64,000 bases of DNA, from NCBI GenBank assembly GCA_043228905.1, contig JBHGNT010000014.1, positions 3,472,001-3,536,000 on the forward strand, given 5' to 3'. This DNA comes from Azolla caroliniana. Taxonomy: Eukaryota; Plantae; Polypodiophyta. Shown here piece by piece: positions 10,153 through 23,041 of the stretch (its first letter is position 1; every line of letters starts with the position of its first letter). The translations under genes and the position numbers were made by a program. Under the pieces are notes generated by a model. It was given only the letters and a program-made list of their open reading frames with translations, searched no databases and was not told the DNA's origin.

Positions 10153-10623
10153 TTTTTGCTTCGAGTCGTGTTCTTTTCGTGCACAGTACAGGGATGGGTG
10201 ACCACCCGGGAAGTCCTGGGCACGGGTTGCGTTCTTTTCCCGCCGGAGCCGTTCCCGTGCGCGTGGGCCTCTTGGCATTCGTAGAGGCGGACGAGAGCAT
10301 AGGATGGGTGACGCGTAATGGGGGGCATTGTCATTCGGTGTGGGTTGAGAGTGTCATCCGTATCAACGAGAGGGCGTAAGAGGCTTTATGGGGTGGGCAT
10401 GAGTGGCGAGGTTCGAATCCGGGCAGGGGATATATATATGTATATATATATATACATGTAGTCTTTCTCTAGGATCCAAAGCCTTAGCCTTAGCCTTCGC
10501 CGGCGCCCGTCGCGCGTGCGGTTGGGACGGTGACGTGGTGGGTCCCTCGATCTTAGTTGTCCTCGTAGAGCATTTTTGTGTAGGTTGGCATAGCATTAGT
10601 ACCTCGGAACGCAGGGCACTGTC

Positions 10624-10742
10624 GTGGTGCGGTCATACCAGCGCTAATACACCGGATCCCATCAGAACTCCGCAGTTAAGCGCGCTTGGGCCAGAACAGT
10701 ACTGGGATGGGTGACCTCCCGGGAAGTCCTGGTGCTGCACCC
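10624..10742 (+). rRNA. 5S rRNA (unit 19)
   Basis: Consensus copy. Confidence 0.97.
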
Positions 10743-11213
10743 TTTTTGCTTCGAGTCGTGTTCTTTTCGTGCACAGTACAGGGATGGGTGACCACCCGGG
10801 AAGTCCTGGGCACGGGTTGCGTTCTTTTCCCGCCGGAGCCGTTCCCGTGCGCGTGGGCCTCTTGGCATTCGTAGAGGCGGACGAGAGCATAGGATGGGTG
10901 ACGCGTAATGGGGGGCATTGTCATTCGGTGTGGGTTGAGAGTGTCATCCGTATCAACGAGAGGGCGTAAGAGGCTTTATGGGGTGGGCATGAGTGGCGAG
11001 GTTCGAATCCGGGCAGGGGATATATATATGTATATATATATATACATGTAGTCTTTCTCTAGGATCCAAAGCCTTAGCCTTAGCCTTCGCCGGCGCCCGT
11101 CGCGCGTGCGGTTGGGACGGTGACGTGGTGGGTCCCTCGATCTTAGTTGTCCTCGTAGAGCATTTTTGTGTAGGTTGGCATAGCATTAGTACCTCGGAAC
11201 GCAGGGCACTGTC

Positions 11214-11332
11214 GTGGTGCGGTCATACCAGCGCTAATACACCGGATCCCATCAGAACTCCGCAGTTAAGCGCGCTTGGGCCAGAACAGTACTGGGATGG
11301 GTGACCTCCCGGGAAGTCCTGGTGCTGCACCC
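11214..11332 (+). rRNA. 5S rRNA (unit 20)
   Basis: Consensus copy. Confidence 0.97.
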
Positions 11333-11803
11333 TTTTTGCTTCGAGTCGTGTTCTTTTCGTGCACAGTACAGGGATGGGTGACCACCCGGGAAGTCCTGGG
11401 CACGGGTTGCGTTCTTTTCCCGCCGGAGCCGTTCCCGTGCGCGTGGGCCTCTTGGCATTCGTAGAGGCGGACGAGAGCATAGGATGGGTGACGCGTAATG
11501 GGGGGCATTGTCATTCGGTGTGGGTTGAGAGTGTCATCCGTATCAACGAGAGGGCGTAAGAGGCTTTATGGGGTGGGCATGAGTGGCGAGGTTCGAATCC
11601 GGGCAGGGGATATATATATGTATATATATATATACATGTAGTCTTTCTCTAGGATCCAAAGCCTTAGCCTTAGCCTTCGCCGGCGCCCGTCGCGCGTGCG
11701 GTTGGGACGGTGACGTGGTGGGTCCCTCGATCTTAGTTGTCCTCGTAGAGCATTTTTGTGTAGGTTGGCATAGCATTAGTACCTCGGAACGCAGGGCACT
11801 GTC

Positions 11804-11922
11804 GTGGTGCGGTCATACCAGCGCTAATACACCGGATCCCATCAGAACTCCGCAGTTAAGCGCGCTTGGGCCAGAACAGTACTGGGATGGGTGACCTCCC
11901 GGGAAGTCCTGGTGCTGCACCC
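11804..11922 (+). rRNA. 5S rRNA (unit 21)
   Basis: Consensus copy. Confidence 0.97.
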
Positions 11923-12393
11923 TTTTTGCTTCGAGTCGTGTTCTTTTCGTGCACAGTACAGGGATGGGTGACCACCCGGGAAGTCCTGGGCACGGGTTGC
12001 GTTCTTTTCCCGCCGGAGCCGTTCCCGTGCGCGTGGGCCTCTTGGCATTCGTAGAGGCGGACGAGAGCATAGGATGGGTGACGCGTAATGGGGGGCATTG
12101 TCATTCGGTGTGGGTTGAGAGTGTCATCCGTATCAACGAGAGGGCGTAAGAGGCTTTATGGGGTGGGCATGAGTGGCGAGGTTCGAATCCGGGCAGGGGA
12201 TATATATATGTATATATATATATACATGTAGTCTTTCTCTAGGATCCAAAGCCTTAGCCTTAGCCTTCGCCGGCGCCCGTCGCGCGTGCGGTTGGGACGG
12301 TGACGTGGTGGGTCCCTCGATCTTAGTTGTCCTCGTAGAGCATTTTTGTGTAGGTTGGCATAGCATTAGTACCTCGGAACGCAGGGCACTGTC

Positions 12394-12512
12394 GTGGTGC
12401 GGTCATACCAGCGCTAATACACCGGATCCCATCAGAACTCCGCAGTTAAGCGCGCTTGGGCCAGAACAGTACTGGGATGGGTGACCTCCCGGGAAGTCCT
12501 GGTGCTGCACCC
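12394..12512 (+). rRNA. 5S rRNA (unit 22)
   Basis: Consensus copy. Confidence 0.97.
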
Positions 12513-12983
12513 TTTTTGCTTCGAGTCGTGTTCTTTTCGTGCACAGTACAGGGATGGGTGACCACCCGGGAAGTCCTGGGCACGGGTTGCGTTCTTTTCC
12601 CGCCGGAGCCGTTCCCGTGCGCGTGGGCCTCTTGGCATTCGTAGAGGCGGACGAGAGCATAGGATGGGTGACGCGTAATGGGGGGCATTGTCATTCGGTG
12701 TGGGTTGAGAGTGTCATCCGTATCAACGAGAGGGCGTAAGAGGCTTTATGGGGTGGGCATGAGTGGCGAGGTTCGAATCCGGGCAGGGGATATATATATG
12801 TATATATATATATACATGTAGTCTTTCTCTAGGATCCAAAGCCTTAGCCTTAGCCTTCGCCGGCGCCCGTCGCGCGTGCGGTTGGGACGGTGACGTGGTG
12901 GGTCCCTCGATCTTAGTTGTCCTCGTAGAGCATTTTTGTGTAGGTTGGCATAGCATTAGTACCTCGGAACGCAGGGCACTGTC

Positions 12984-13102
12984 GTGGTGCGGTCATACCA
13001 GCGCTAATACACCGGATCCCATCAGAACTCCGCAGTTAAGCGCGCTTGGGCCAGAACAGTACTGGGATGGGTGACCTCCCGGGAAGTCCTGGTGCTGCAC
13101 CC
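12984..13102 (+). rRNA. 5S rRNA (unit 23)
   Basis: Consensus copy. Confidence 0.97.
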
Positions 13103-13573
13103 TTTTTGCTTCGAGTCGTGTTCTTTTCGTGCACAGTACAGGGATGGGTGACCACCCGGGAAGTCCTGGGCACGGGTTGCGTTCTTTTCCCGCCGGAGCC
13201 GTTCCCGTGCGCGTGGGCCTCTTGGCATTCGTAGAGGCGGACGAGAGCATAGGATGGGTGACGCGTAATGGGGGGCATTGTCATTCGGTGTGGGTTGAGA
13301 GTGTCATCCGTATCAACGAGAGGGCGTAAGAGGCTTTATGGGGTGGGCATGAGTGGCGAGGTTCGAATCCGGGCAGGGGATATATATATGTATATATATA
13401 TATACATGTAGTCTTTCTCTAGGATCCAAAGCCTTAGCCTTAGCCTTCGCCGGCGCCCGTCGCGCGTGCGGTTGGGACGGTGACGTGGTGGGTCCCTCGA
13501 TCTTAGTTGTCCTCGTAGAGCATTTTTGTGTAGGTTGGCATAGCATTAGTACCTCGGAACGCAGGGCACTGTC

Positions 13574-13692
13574 GTGGTGCGGTCATACCAGCGCTAATAC
13601 ACCGGATCCCATCAGAACTCCGCAGTTAAGCGCGCTTGGGCCAGAACAGTACTGGGATGGGTGACCTCCCGGGAAGTCCTGGTGCTGCACCC
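13574..13692 (+). rRNA. 5S rRNA (unit 24)
   Basis: Consensus copy; spacer has a net 35-bp deletion at 13829. Confidence 0.97.
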
Positions 13693-14128
13693 TTTTTGCT
13701 TCGAGTCGTGTTCTTTTCGTGCACAGTACAGGGATGGGTGACCACCCGGGAAGTCCTGGGCACGGGTTGCGTTCTTTTCCCGCCGGAGCCGTTCCCGTGC
13801 GCGTGGGCCTCTTGGCATTCGTAGAGGCAGCATTGTCATTCGGTGTGGGTTGAGAGTGTCATCCGTATCAACGAGAGGGCGTAAGAGGCTTTATGGGGTG
13901 GGCATGAGTGGCGAGGTTCGAATCCGGGCAGGGGATATATATATGTATATATATATATACATGTAGTCTTTCTCTAGGATCCAAAGCCTTAGCCTTAGCC
14001 TTCGCCGGCGCCCGTCGCGCGTGCGGTTGGGACGGTGACGTGGTGGGTCCCTCGATCTTAGTTGTCCTCGTAGAGCATTTTTGTGTAGGTTGGCATAGCA
14101 TTAGTACCTCGGAACGCAGGGCACTGTC

Positions 14129-14247
14129 GTGGTGCGGTCATACCAGCGCTAATACACCGGATCCCATCAGAACTCCGCAGTTAAGCGCGCTTGGGCCAGA
14201 ACAGTACTGGGATGGGTGACCTCCCGGGAAGTCCTGGTGCTGCACCC
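14129..14247 (+). rRNA. 5S rRNA (unit 25)
   Basis: Consensus copy. Confidence 0.97.
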
Positions 14248-14708
14248 TTTTTGCTTCGAGTCGTGTTCTTTTCGTGCACAGTACAGGGATGGGTGACCAC
14301 CCGGGAAGTCCTGGGCACGGGTTGCGTTCTTTTCCCGCCGGAGCCGTTCCCGTGCGCGTGGGCCTCTTGGCATTCGTAGAGGCGGACGAGAGCATAGGAT
14401 GGGTGACGCGTAATGGGGGGCATTGTCATTCGGTGTGGGTTGAGAGTGTCATCCGTATCAACGAGAGGGCGTAAGAGGCTTTATGGGGTGGGCATGAGTG
14501 GCGAGGTTCGAATCCGGGCAGGGGATATATATATATATACATGTAGTCTTTCTCTAGGATCCAAAGCCTTAGCCTTAGCCTTCGCCGGCGCCCGTCGCGC
14601 GTGCGGTTGGGACGGTGACGTGGTGGGTCCCTCGATCTTAGTTGTCCTCGTAGAGCATTTTTGTGTAGGTTGGCATAGCATTAGTACCTCGGAACGCAGG
14701 GCACTGTC

Positions 14709-14827
14709 GTGGTGCGGTCATACCAGCGCTAATACACCGGATCCCATCAGAACTCCGCAGTTAAGCGCGCTTGGGCCAGAACAGTACTGGGATGGGTGAC
14801 CTCCCGGGAAGTCCTGGTGCTGCACCC
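14709..14827 (+). rRNA. 5S rRNA (unit 26)
   Basis: Consensus copy. Confidence 0.97.
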
Positions 14828-15298
14828 TTTTTGCTTCGAGTCGTGTTCTTTTCGTGCACAGTACAGGGATGGGTGACCACCCGGGAAGTCCTGGGCACGG
14901 GTTGCGTTCTTTTCCCGCCGGAGCCGTTCCCGTGCGCGTGGGCCTCTTGGCATTCGTAGAGGCGGACGAGAGCATAGGATGGGTGACGCGTAATGGGGGG
15001 CATTGTCATTCGGTGTGGGTTGAGAGTGTCATCCGTATCAACGAGAGGGCGTAAGAGGCTTTATGGGGTGGGCATGAGTGGCGAGGTTCGAATCCGGGCA
15101 GGGGATATATATATGTATATATATATATACATGTAGTCTTTCTCTAGGATCCAAAGCCTTAGCCTTAGCCTTCGCCGGCGCCCGTCGCGCGTGCGGTTGG
15201 GACGGTGACGTGGTGGGTCCCTCGATCTTAGTTGTCCTCGTAGAGCATTTTTGTGTAGGTTGGCATAGCATTAGTACCTCGGAACGCAGGGCACTGTC

Positions 15299-15417
15299 GT
15301 GGTGCGGTCATACCAGCGCTAATACACCGGATCCCATCAGAACTCCGCAGTTAAGCGCGCTTGGGCCAGAACAGTACTGGGATGGGTGACCTCCCGGGAA
15401 GTCCTGGTGCTGCACCC
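15299..15417 (+). rRNA. 5S rRNA (unit 27)
   Basis: Consensus copy. Confidence 0.97.
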
Positions 15418-15888
15418 TTTTTGCTTCGAGTCGTGTTCTTTTCGTGCACAGTACAGGGATGGGTGACCACCCGGGAAGTCCTGGGCACGGGTTGCGTTCT
15501 TTTCCCGCCGGAGCCGTTCCCGTGCGCGTGGGCCTCTTGGCATTCGTAGAGGCGGACGAGAGCATAGGATGGGTGACGCGTAATGGGGGGCATTGTCATT
15601 CGGTGTGGGTTGAGAGTGTCATCCGTATCAACGAGAGGGCGTAAGAGGCTTTATGGGGTGGGCATGAGTGGCGAGGTTCGAATCCGGGCAGGGGATATAT
15701 ATATGTATATATATATATACATGTAGTCTTTCTCTAGGATCCAAAGCCTTAGCCTTAGCCTTCGCCGGCGCCCGTCGCGCGTGCGGTTGGGACGGTGACG
15801 TGGTGGGTCCCTCGATCTTAGTTGTCCTCGTAGAGCATTTTTGTGTAGGTTGGCATAGCATTAGTACCTCGGAACGCAGGGCACTGTC

Positions 15889-16007
15889 GTGGTGCGGTCA
15901 TACCAGCGCTAATACACCGGATCCCATCAGAACTCCGCAGTTAAGCGCGCTTGGGCCAGAACAGTACTGGGATGGGTGACCTCCCGGGAAGTCCTGGTGC
16001 TGCACCC
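15889..16007 (+). rRNA. 5S rRNA (unit 28)
   Basis: Consensus copy. Confidence 0.97.
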
Positions 16008-16470
16008 TTTTTGCTTCGAGTCGTGTTCTTTTCGTGCACAGTACAGGGATGGGTGACCACCCGGGAAGTCCTGGGCACGGGTTGCGTTCTTTTCCCGCCG
16101 GAGCCGTTCCCGTGCGCGTGGGCCTCTTGGCATTCGTAGAGGCGGACGAGAGCATAGGATGGGTGACGCGTAATGGGGGGCATTGTCATTCGGTGTGGGT
16201 TGAGAGTGTCATCCGTATCAACGAGAGGGCGTAAGAGGCTTTATGGGGTGGGCATGAGTGGCGAGGTTCGAATCCGGGCAGGGGATATATATATATATAT
16301 ACATGTAGTCTTTCTCTAGGATCCAAAGCCTTAGCCTTAGCCTTCGCCGGCGCCCGTCGCGCGTGCGGTTGGGACGGTGACGTGGTGGGTCCCTCGATCT
16401 TAGTTGTCCTCGTAGAGCATTTTTGTGTAGGTTGGCATAGCATTAGTACCTCGGAACGCAGGGCACTGTC

Positions 16471-16511
16471 GTGGTGCGGTCATACCAGCGCTAATACACC
16501 GGATCCCATCA
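16471..16511 (+). pseudogene. Truncated 5S (unit 29), only +1..+41
   Basis: Matches consensus to GGATCCCATCA, then foreign DNA. Confidence 0.95.
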
Positions 16512-16843
16512 CGGAGGTTCATACCACAATATCTCCTGTCAGAAGAAACTCATAACACTTTCAGAAGAAGAACCTTGTGAGACAAGCAGACATCAAGGTC
16601 CACTACTATGCCAAACCTTTACAAAGAACATGATGACTTGAAACTTGAAATCAAAACTACATAATTGCAAAATCAACCTCATTAAGGTCATATCTTACGC
16701 AACAAAACGATATCCATATATAACCGACCATATTTAAGCCACCACAATCATACATATCTCCAAAATATAAAACAAACACATCTCCCCAATATTTAAAAGA
16801 AAGAAGAAAAGTTTTACACAAAACTATGCAGAGTGAATTGGTT
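16512..16843. other. 332-bp non-rDNA A-rich insert replacing 296 bp of the unit (origin unknown)
   Basis: Only unique sequence in the window; array resumes at AGGGCGTAAG (unit pos 380); unit length 616 = 580-296+332; no target-site duplication or terminal repeats seen. Confidence 0.93.
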
Positions 16844-17086
16844 AGGGCGTAAGAGGCTTTATGGGGTGGGCATGAGTGGCGAGGTTCGAATCCGGGCAGG
16901 GGATATATATATATATACATGTAGTCTTTCTCTAGGATCCAAAGCCTTAGCCTTAGCCTTCGCCGGCGCCCGTCGCGCGTGCGGTTGGGACGGTGACGTG
17001 GTGGGTCCCTCGATCTTAGTTGTCCTCGTAGAGCATTTTTGTGTAGGTTGGCATAGCATTAGTACCTCGGAACGCAGGGCACTGTC

Positions 17087-17205
17087 GTGGTGCGGTCATA
17101 CCAGCGCTAATACACCGGATCCCATCAGAACTCCGCAGTTAAGCGCGCTTGGGCCAGAACAGTACTGGGATGGGTGACCTCCCGGGAAGTCCTGGTGCTG
17201 CACCC
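17087..17205 (+). rRNA. 5S rRNA (unit 30)
   Basis: Consensus copy. Confidence 0.97.
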
Positions 17206-17666
17206 TTTTTGCTTCGAGTCGTGTTCTTTTCGTGCACAGTACAGGGATGGGTGACCACCCGGGAAGTCCTGGGCACGGGTTGCGTTCTTTTCCCGCCGGA
17301 GCCGTTCCCGTGCGCGTGGGCCTCTTGGCATTCGTAGAGGCGGACGAGAGCATAGGATGGGTGACGCGTAATGGGGGGCATTGTCATTCGGTGTGGGTTG
17401 AGAGTGTCATCCGTATCAACGAGAGGGCGTAAGAGGCTTTATGGGGTGGGCATGAGTGGCGAGGTTCGAATCCGGGCAGGGGATATATATATATATACAT
17501 GTAGTCTTTCTCTAGGATCCAAAGCCTTAGCCTTAGCCTTCGCCGGCGCCCGTCGCGCGTGCGGTTGGGACGGTGACGTGGTGGGTCCCTCGATCTTAGT
17601 TGTCCTCGTAGAGCATTTTTGTGTAGGTTGGCATAGCATTAGTACCTCGGAACGCAGGGCACTGTC

Positions 17667-17785
17667 GTGGTGCGGTCATACCAGCGCTAATACACCGGAT
17701 CCCATCAGAACTCCGCAGTTAAGCGCGCTTGGGCCAGAACAGTACTGGGATGGGTGACCTCCCGGGAAGTCCTGGTGCTGCACCC
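17667..17785 (+). rRNA. 5S rRNA (unit 31)
   Basis: Consensus copy. Confidence 0.97.
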
Positions 17786-18246
17786 TTTTTGCTTCGAGTC
17801 GTGTTCTTTTCGTGCACAGTACAGGGATGGGTGACCACCCGGGAAGTCCTGGGCACGGGTTGCGTTCTTTTCCCGCCGGAGCCGTTCCCGTGCGCGTGGG
17901 CCTCTTGGCATTCGTAGAGGCGGACGAGAGCATAGGATGGGTGACGCGTAATGGGGGGCATTGTCATTCGGTGTGGGTTGAGAGTGTCATCCGTATCAAC
18001 GAGAGGGCGTAAGAGGCTTTATGGGGTGGGCATGAGTGGCGAGGTTCGAATCCGGGCAGGGGATATATATATATATACATGTAGTCTTTCTCTAGGATCC
18101 AAAGCCTTAGCCTTAGCCTTCGCCGGCGCCCGTCGCGCGTGCGGTTGGGACGGTGACGTGGTGGGTCCCTCGATCTTAGTTGTCCTCGTAGAGCATTTTT
18201 GTGTAGGTTGGCATAGCATTAGTACCTCGGAACGCAGGGCACTGTC

Positions 18247-18365
18247 GTGGTGCGGTCATACCAGCGCTAATACACCGGATCCCATCAGAACTCCGCAGTT
18301 AAGCGCGCTTGGGCCAGAACAGTACTGGGATGGGTGACCTCCCGGGAAGTCCTGGTGCTGCACCC
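18247..18365 (+). rRNA. 5S rRNA (unit 32)
   Basis: Consensus copy. Confidence 0.97.
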
Positions 18366-18826
18366 TTTTTGCTTCGAGTCGTGTTCTTTTCGTGCACAGT
18401 ACAGGGATGGGTGACCACCCGGGAAGTCCTGGGCACGGGTTGCGTTCTTTTCCCGCCGGAGCCGTTCCCGTGCGCGTGGGCCTCTTGGCATTCGTAGAGG
18501 CGGACGAGAGCATAGGATGGGTGACGCGTAATGGGGGGCATTGTCATTCGGTGTGGGTTGAGAGTGTCATCCGTATCAACGAGAGGGCGTAAGAGGCTTT
18601 ATGGGGTGGGCATGAGTGGCGAGGTTCGAATCCGGGCAGGGGATATATATATATATACATGTAGTCTTTCTCTAGGATCCAAAGCCTTAGCCTTAGCCTT
18701 CGCCGGCGCCCGTCGCGCGTGCGGTTGGGACGGTGACGTGGTGGGTCCCTCGATCTTAGTTGTCCTCGTAGAGCATTTTTGTGTAGGTTGGCATAGCATT
18801 AGTACCTCGGAACGCAGGGCACTGTC

Positions 18827-18945
18827 GTGGTGCGGTCATACCAGCGCTAATACACCGGATCCCATCAGAACTCCGCAGTTAAGCGCGCTTGGGCCAGAAC
18901 AGTACTGGGATGGGTGACCTCCCGGGAAGTCCTGGTGCTGCACCC
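18827..18945 (+). rRNA. 5S rRNA (unit 33)
   Basis: Consensus copy. Confidence 0.97.
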
Positions 18946-19406
18946 TTTTTGCTTCGAGTCGTGTTCTTTTCGTGCACAGTACAGGGATGGGTGACCACCC
19001 GGGAAGTCCTGGGCACGGGTTGCGTTCTTTTCCCGCCGGAGCCGTTCCCGTGCGCGTGGGCCTCTTGGCATTCGTAGAGGCGGACGAGAGCATAGGATGG
19101 GTGACGCGTAATGGGGGGCATTGTCATTCGGTGTGGGTTGAGAGTGTCATCCGTATCAACGAGAGGGCGTAAGAGGCTTTATGGGGTGGGCATGAGTGGC
19201 GAGGTTCGAATCCGGGCAGGGGATATATATATATATACATGTAGTCTTTCTCTAGGATCCAAAGCCTTAGCCTTAGCCTTCGCCGGCGCCCGTCGCGCGT
19301 GCGGTTGGGACGGTGACGTGGTGGGTCCCTCGATCTTAGTTGTCCTCGTAGAGCATTTTTGTGTAGGTTGGCATAGCATTAGTACCTCGGAACGCAGGGC
19401 ACTGTC

Positions 19407-19525
19407 GTGGTGCGGTCATACCAGCGCTAATACACCGGATCCCATCAGAACTCCGCAGTTAAGCGCGCTTGGGCCAGAACAGTACTGGGATGGGTGACCT
19501 CCCGGGAAGTCCTGGTGCTGCACCC
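19407..19525 (+). rRNA. 5S rRNA (unit 34)
   Basis: Consensus copy. Confidence 0.97.
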
Positions 19526-19996
19526 TTTTTGCTTCGAGTCGTGTTCTTTTCGTGCACAGTACAGGGATGGGTGACCACCCGGGAAGTCCTGGGCACGGGT
19601 TGCGTTCTTTTCCCGCCGGAGCCGTTCCCGTGCGCGTGGGCCTCTTGGCATTCGTAGAGGCGGACGAGAGCATAGGATGGGTGACGCGTAATGGGGGGCA
19701 TTGTCATTCGGTGTGGGTTGAGAGTGTCATCCGTATCAACGAGAGGGCGTAAGAGGCTTTATGGGGTGGGCATGAGTGGCGAGGTTCGAATCCGGGCAGG
19801 GGATATATATATGTATATATATATATACATGTAGTCTTTCTCTAGGATCCAAAGCCTTAGCCTTAGCCTTCGCCGGCGCCCGTCGCGCGTGCGGTTGGGA
19901 CGGTGACGTGGTGGGTCCCTCGATCTTAGTTGTCCTCGTAGAGCATTTTTGTGTAGGTTGGCATAGCATTAGTACCTCGGAACGCAGGGCACTGTC

Positions 19997-20115
19997 GTGG
20001 TGCGGTCATACCAGCGCTAATACACCGGATCCCATCAGAACTCCGCAGTTAAGCGCGCTTGGGCCAGAACAGTACTGGGATGGGTGACCTCCCGGGAAGT
20101 CCTGGTGCTGCACCC
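19997..20115 (+). rRNA. 5S rRNA (unit 35)
   Basis: Consensus copy. Confidence 0.97.
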
Positions 20116-20576
20116 TTTTTGCTTCGAGTCGTGTTCTTTTCGTGCACAGTACAGGGATGGGTGACCACCCGGGAAGTCCTGGGCACGGGTTGCGTTCTTT
20201 TCCCGCCGGAGCCGTTCCCGTGCGCGTGGGCCTCTTGGCATTCGTAGAGGCGGACGAGAGCATAGGATGGGTGACGCGTAATGGGGGGCATTGTCATTCG
20301 GTGTGGGTTGAGAGTGTCATCCGTATCAACGAGAGGGCGTAAGAGGCTTTATGGGGTGGGCATGAGTGGCGAGGTTCGAATCCGGGCAGGGGATATATAT
20401 ATATATACATGTAGTCTTTCTCTAGGATCCAAAGCCTTAGCCTTAGCCTTCGCCGGCGCCCGTCGCGCGTGCGGTTGGGACGGTGACGTGGTGGGTCCCT
20501 CGATCTTAGTTGTCCTCGTAGAGCATTTTTGTGTAGGTTGGCATAGCATTAGTACCTCGGAACGCAGGGCACTGTC

Positions 20577-20695
20577 GTGGTGCGGTCATACTAGCGCTAA
20601 TACACCGGATCCCATCAGAACTCCGCAGTTAAGCGCGCTTGGGCCAGAACAGTACTGGGATGGGTGACCTCCCGGGAAGTCCTGGTGCTGCACCC
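20577..20695 (+). rRNA. 5S rRNA (unit 36)
   Basis: One substitution, C+16T. Confidence 0.93.
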
Positions 20696-21152
20696 TTTTT
20701 GCTTCGAGTCGTGTTCTTTTCGTGCACAGTACAGGGATGGGTGACCACCCGGGAAGTCCTGGGCACGGGTTGCGTTCTTTTCCCGCCGGAGCCGTTCCCG
20801 TGCGCGTGGGCCTCTTGGCATTCGTAGAGGCGGACGAGAGCATAGGATGGGTGACGCGTAATGGGGGGCATTGTCATTCGGTGTGGGTTGAGAGTGTCAT
20901 CCGTATCAACGAGAGGGCGTAAGAGGCTTTATGGGGTGGGCATGAGTGGCGAGGTTCGAATCCGGGCAGGGGATATATATATATATACATGTAGTCTTTC
21001 TCTAGGATCCAAAGCCTTAGCCTTAGCCTTCGCCGGCGCCCGTCGCGCGTGCGGTTGGGACGGTGACGTGGTGGGTCCCTCGAAGTTGTCCTCGTAGAGC
21101 ATTTTTGTGTAGGTTGGCATAGCATTAGTACCTCGGAACGCAGGGCACTGTC

Positions 21153-21271
21153 GTGGTGCGGTCATACCAGCGCTAATACACCGGATCCCATCAGAACTCC
21201 GCAGTTAAGCGCGCTTGGGCCAGAACAGTACTGGGATGGGTGACCTCCCGGGAAGTCCTGGTGCTGCACCC
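21153..21271 (+). rRNA. 5S rRNA (unit 37)
   Basis: Consensus copy. Confidence 0.97.
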
Positions 21272-21742
21272 TTTTTGCTTCGAGTCGTGTTCTTTTCGTG
21301 CACAGTACAGGGATGGGTGACCACCCGGGAAGTCCTGGGCACGGGTTGCGTTCTTTTCCCGCCGGAGCCGTTCCCGTGCGCGTGGGCCTCTTGGCATTCG
21401 TAGAGGCGGACGAGAGCATAGGATGGGTGACGCGTAATGGGGGGCATTGTCATTCGGTGTGGGTTGAGAGTGTCATCCGTATCAACGAGAGGGCGTAAGA
21501 GGCTTTATGGGGTGGGCATGAGTGGCGAGGTTCGAATCCGGGCAGGGGATATATATATGTATATATATATATACATGTAGTCTTTCTCTAGGATCCAAAG
21601 CCTTAGCCTTAGCCTTCGCCGGCGCCCGTCGCGCGTGCGGTTGGGACGGTGACGTGGTGGGTCCCTCGATCTTAGTTGTCCTCGTAGAGCATTTTTGTGT
21701 AGGTTGGCATAGCATTAGTACCTCGGAACGCAGGGCACTGTC

Positions 21743-21861
21743 GTGGTGCGGTCATACCAGCGCTAATACACCGGATCCCATCAGAACTCCGCAGTTAAGC
21801 GCGCTTGGGCCAGAACAGTACTGGGATGGGTGACCTCCCGGGAAGTCCTGGTGCTGCACCC
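21743..21861 (+). rRNA. 5S rRNA (unit 38)
   Basis: Consensus copy. Confidence 0.97.
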
Positions 21862-22332
21862 TTTTTGCTTCGAGTCGTGTTCTTTTCGTGCACAGTACAG
21901 GGATGGGTGACCACCCGGGAAGTCCTGGGCACGGGTTGCGTTCTTTTCCCGCCGGAGCCGTTCCCGTGCGCGTGGGCCTCTTGGCATTCGTAGAGGCGGA
22001 CGAGAGCATAGGATGGGTGACGCGTAATGGGGGGCATTGTCATTCGGTGTGGGTTGAGAGTGTCATCCGTATCAACGAGAGGGCGTAAGAGGCTTTATGG
22101 GGTGGGCATGAGTGGCGAGGTTCGAATCCGGGCAGGGGATATATATATGTATATATATATATACATGTAGTCTTTCTCTAGGATCCAAAGCCTTAGCCTT
22201 AGCCTTCGCCGGCGCCCGTCGCGCGTGCGGTTGGGACGGTGACGTGGTGGGTCCCTCGATCTTAGTTGTCCTCGTAGAGCATTTTTGTGTAGGTTGGCAT
22301 AGCATTAGTACCTCGGAACGCAGGGCACTGTC

Positions 22333-22451
22333 GTGGTGCGGTCATACCAGCGCTAATACACCGGATCCCATCAGAACTCCGCAGTTAAGCGCGCTTGGGC
22401 CAGAACAGTACTGGGATGGGTGACCTCCCGGGAAGTCCTGGTGCTGCACCC
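22333..22451 (+). rRNA. 5S rRNA (unit 39)
   Basis: Consensus copy. Confidence 0.97.
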
Positions 22452-22922
22452 TTTTTGCTTCGAGTCGTGTTCTTTTCGTGCACAGTACAGGGATGGGTGA
22501 CCACCCGGGAAGTCCTGGGCACGGGTTGCGTTCTTTTCCCGCCGGAGCCGTTCCCGTGCGCGTGGGCCTCTTGGCATTCGTAGAGGCGGACGAGAGCATA
22601 GGATGGGTGACGCGTAATGGGGGGCATTGTCATTCGGTGTGGGTTGAGAGTGTCATCCGTATCAACGAGAGGGCGTAAGAGGCTTTATGGGGTGGGCATG
22701 AGTGGCGAGGTTCGAATCCGGGCAGGGGATATATATATGTATATATATATATACATGTAGTCTTTCTCTAGGATCCAAAGCCTTAGCCTTAGCCTTCGCC
22801 GGCGCCCGTCGCGCGTGCGGTTGGGACGGTGACGTGGTGGGTCCCTCGATCTTAGTTGTCCTCGTAGAGCATTTTTGTGTAGGTTGGCATAGCATTAGTA
22901 CCTCGGAACGCAGGGCACTGTC

Positions 22923-23041
22923 GTGGTGCGGTCATACCAGCGCTAATACACCGGATCCCATCAGAACTCCGCAGTTAAGCGCGCTTGGGCCAGAACAGTA
23001 CTGGGATGGGTGACCTCCCGGGAAGTCCTGGTGCTGCACCC
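22923..23041 (+). rRNA. 5S rRNA (unit 40)
   Basis: Consensus copy. Confidence 0.97.

Noticed and set aside
16512-16580. RRFIP peptide resembling a reverse-transcriptase motif at the start of the insert
   Set aside because: Only five residues, with a stop after 22 codons and no other RT or RNase H motifs.
16657-16920. 87-aa minus-strand ORF across the insert
   Set aside because: Its start codon lies in the rDNA microsatellite, so it is a chance fusion with low-complexity composition.
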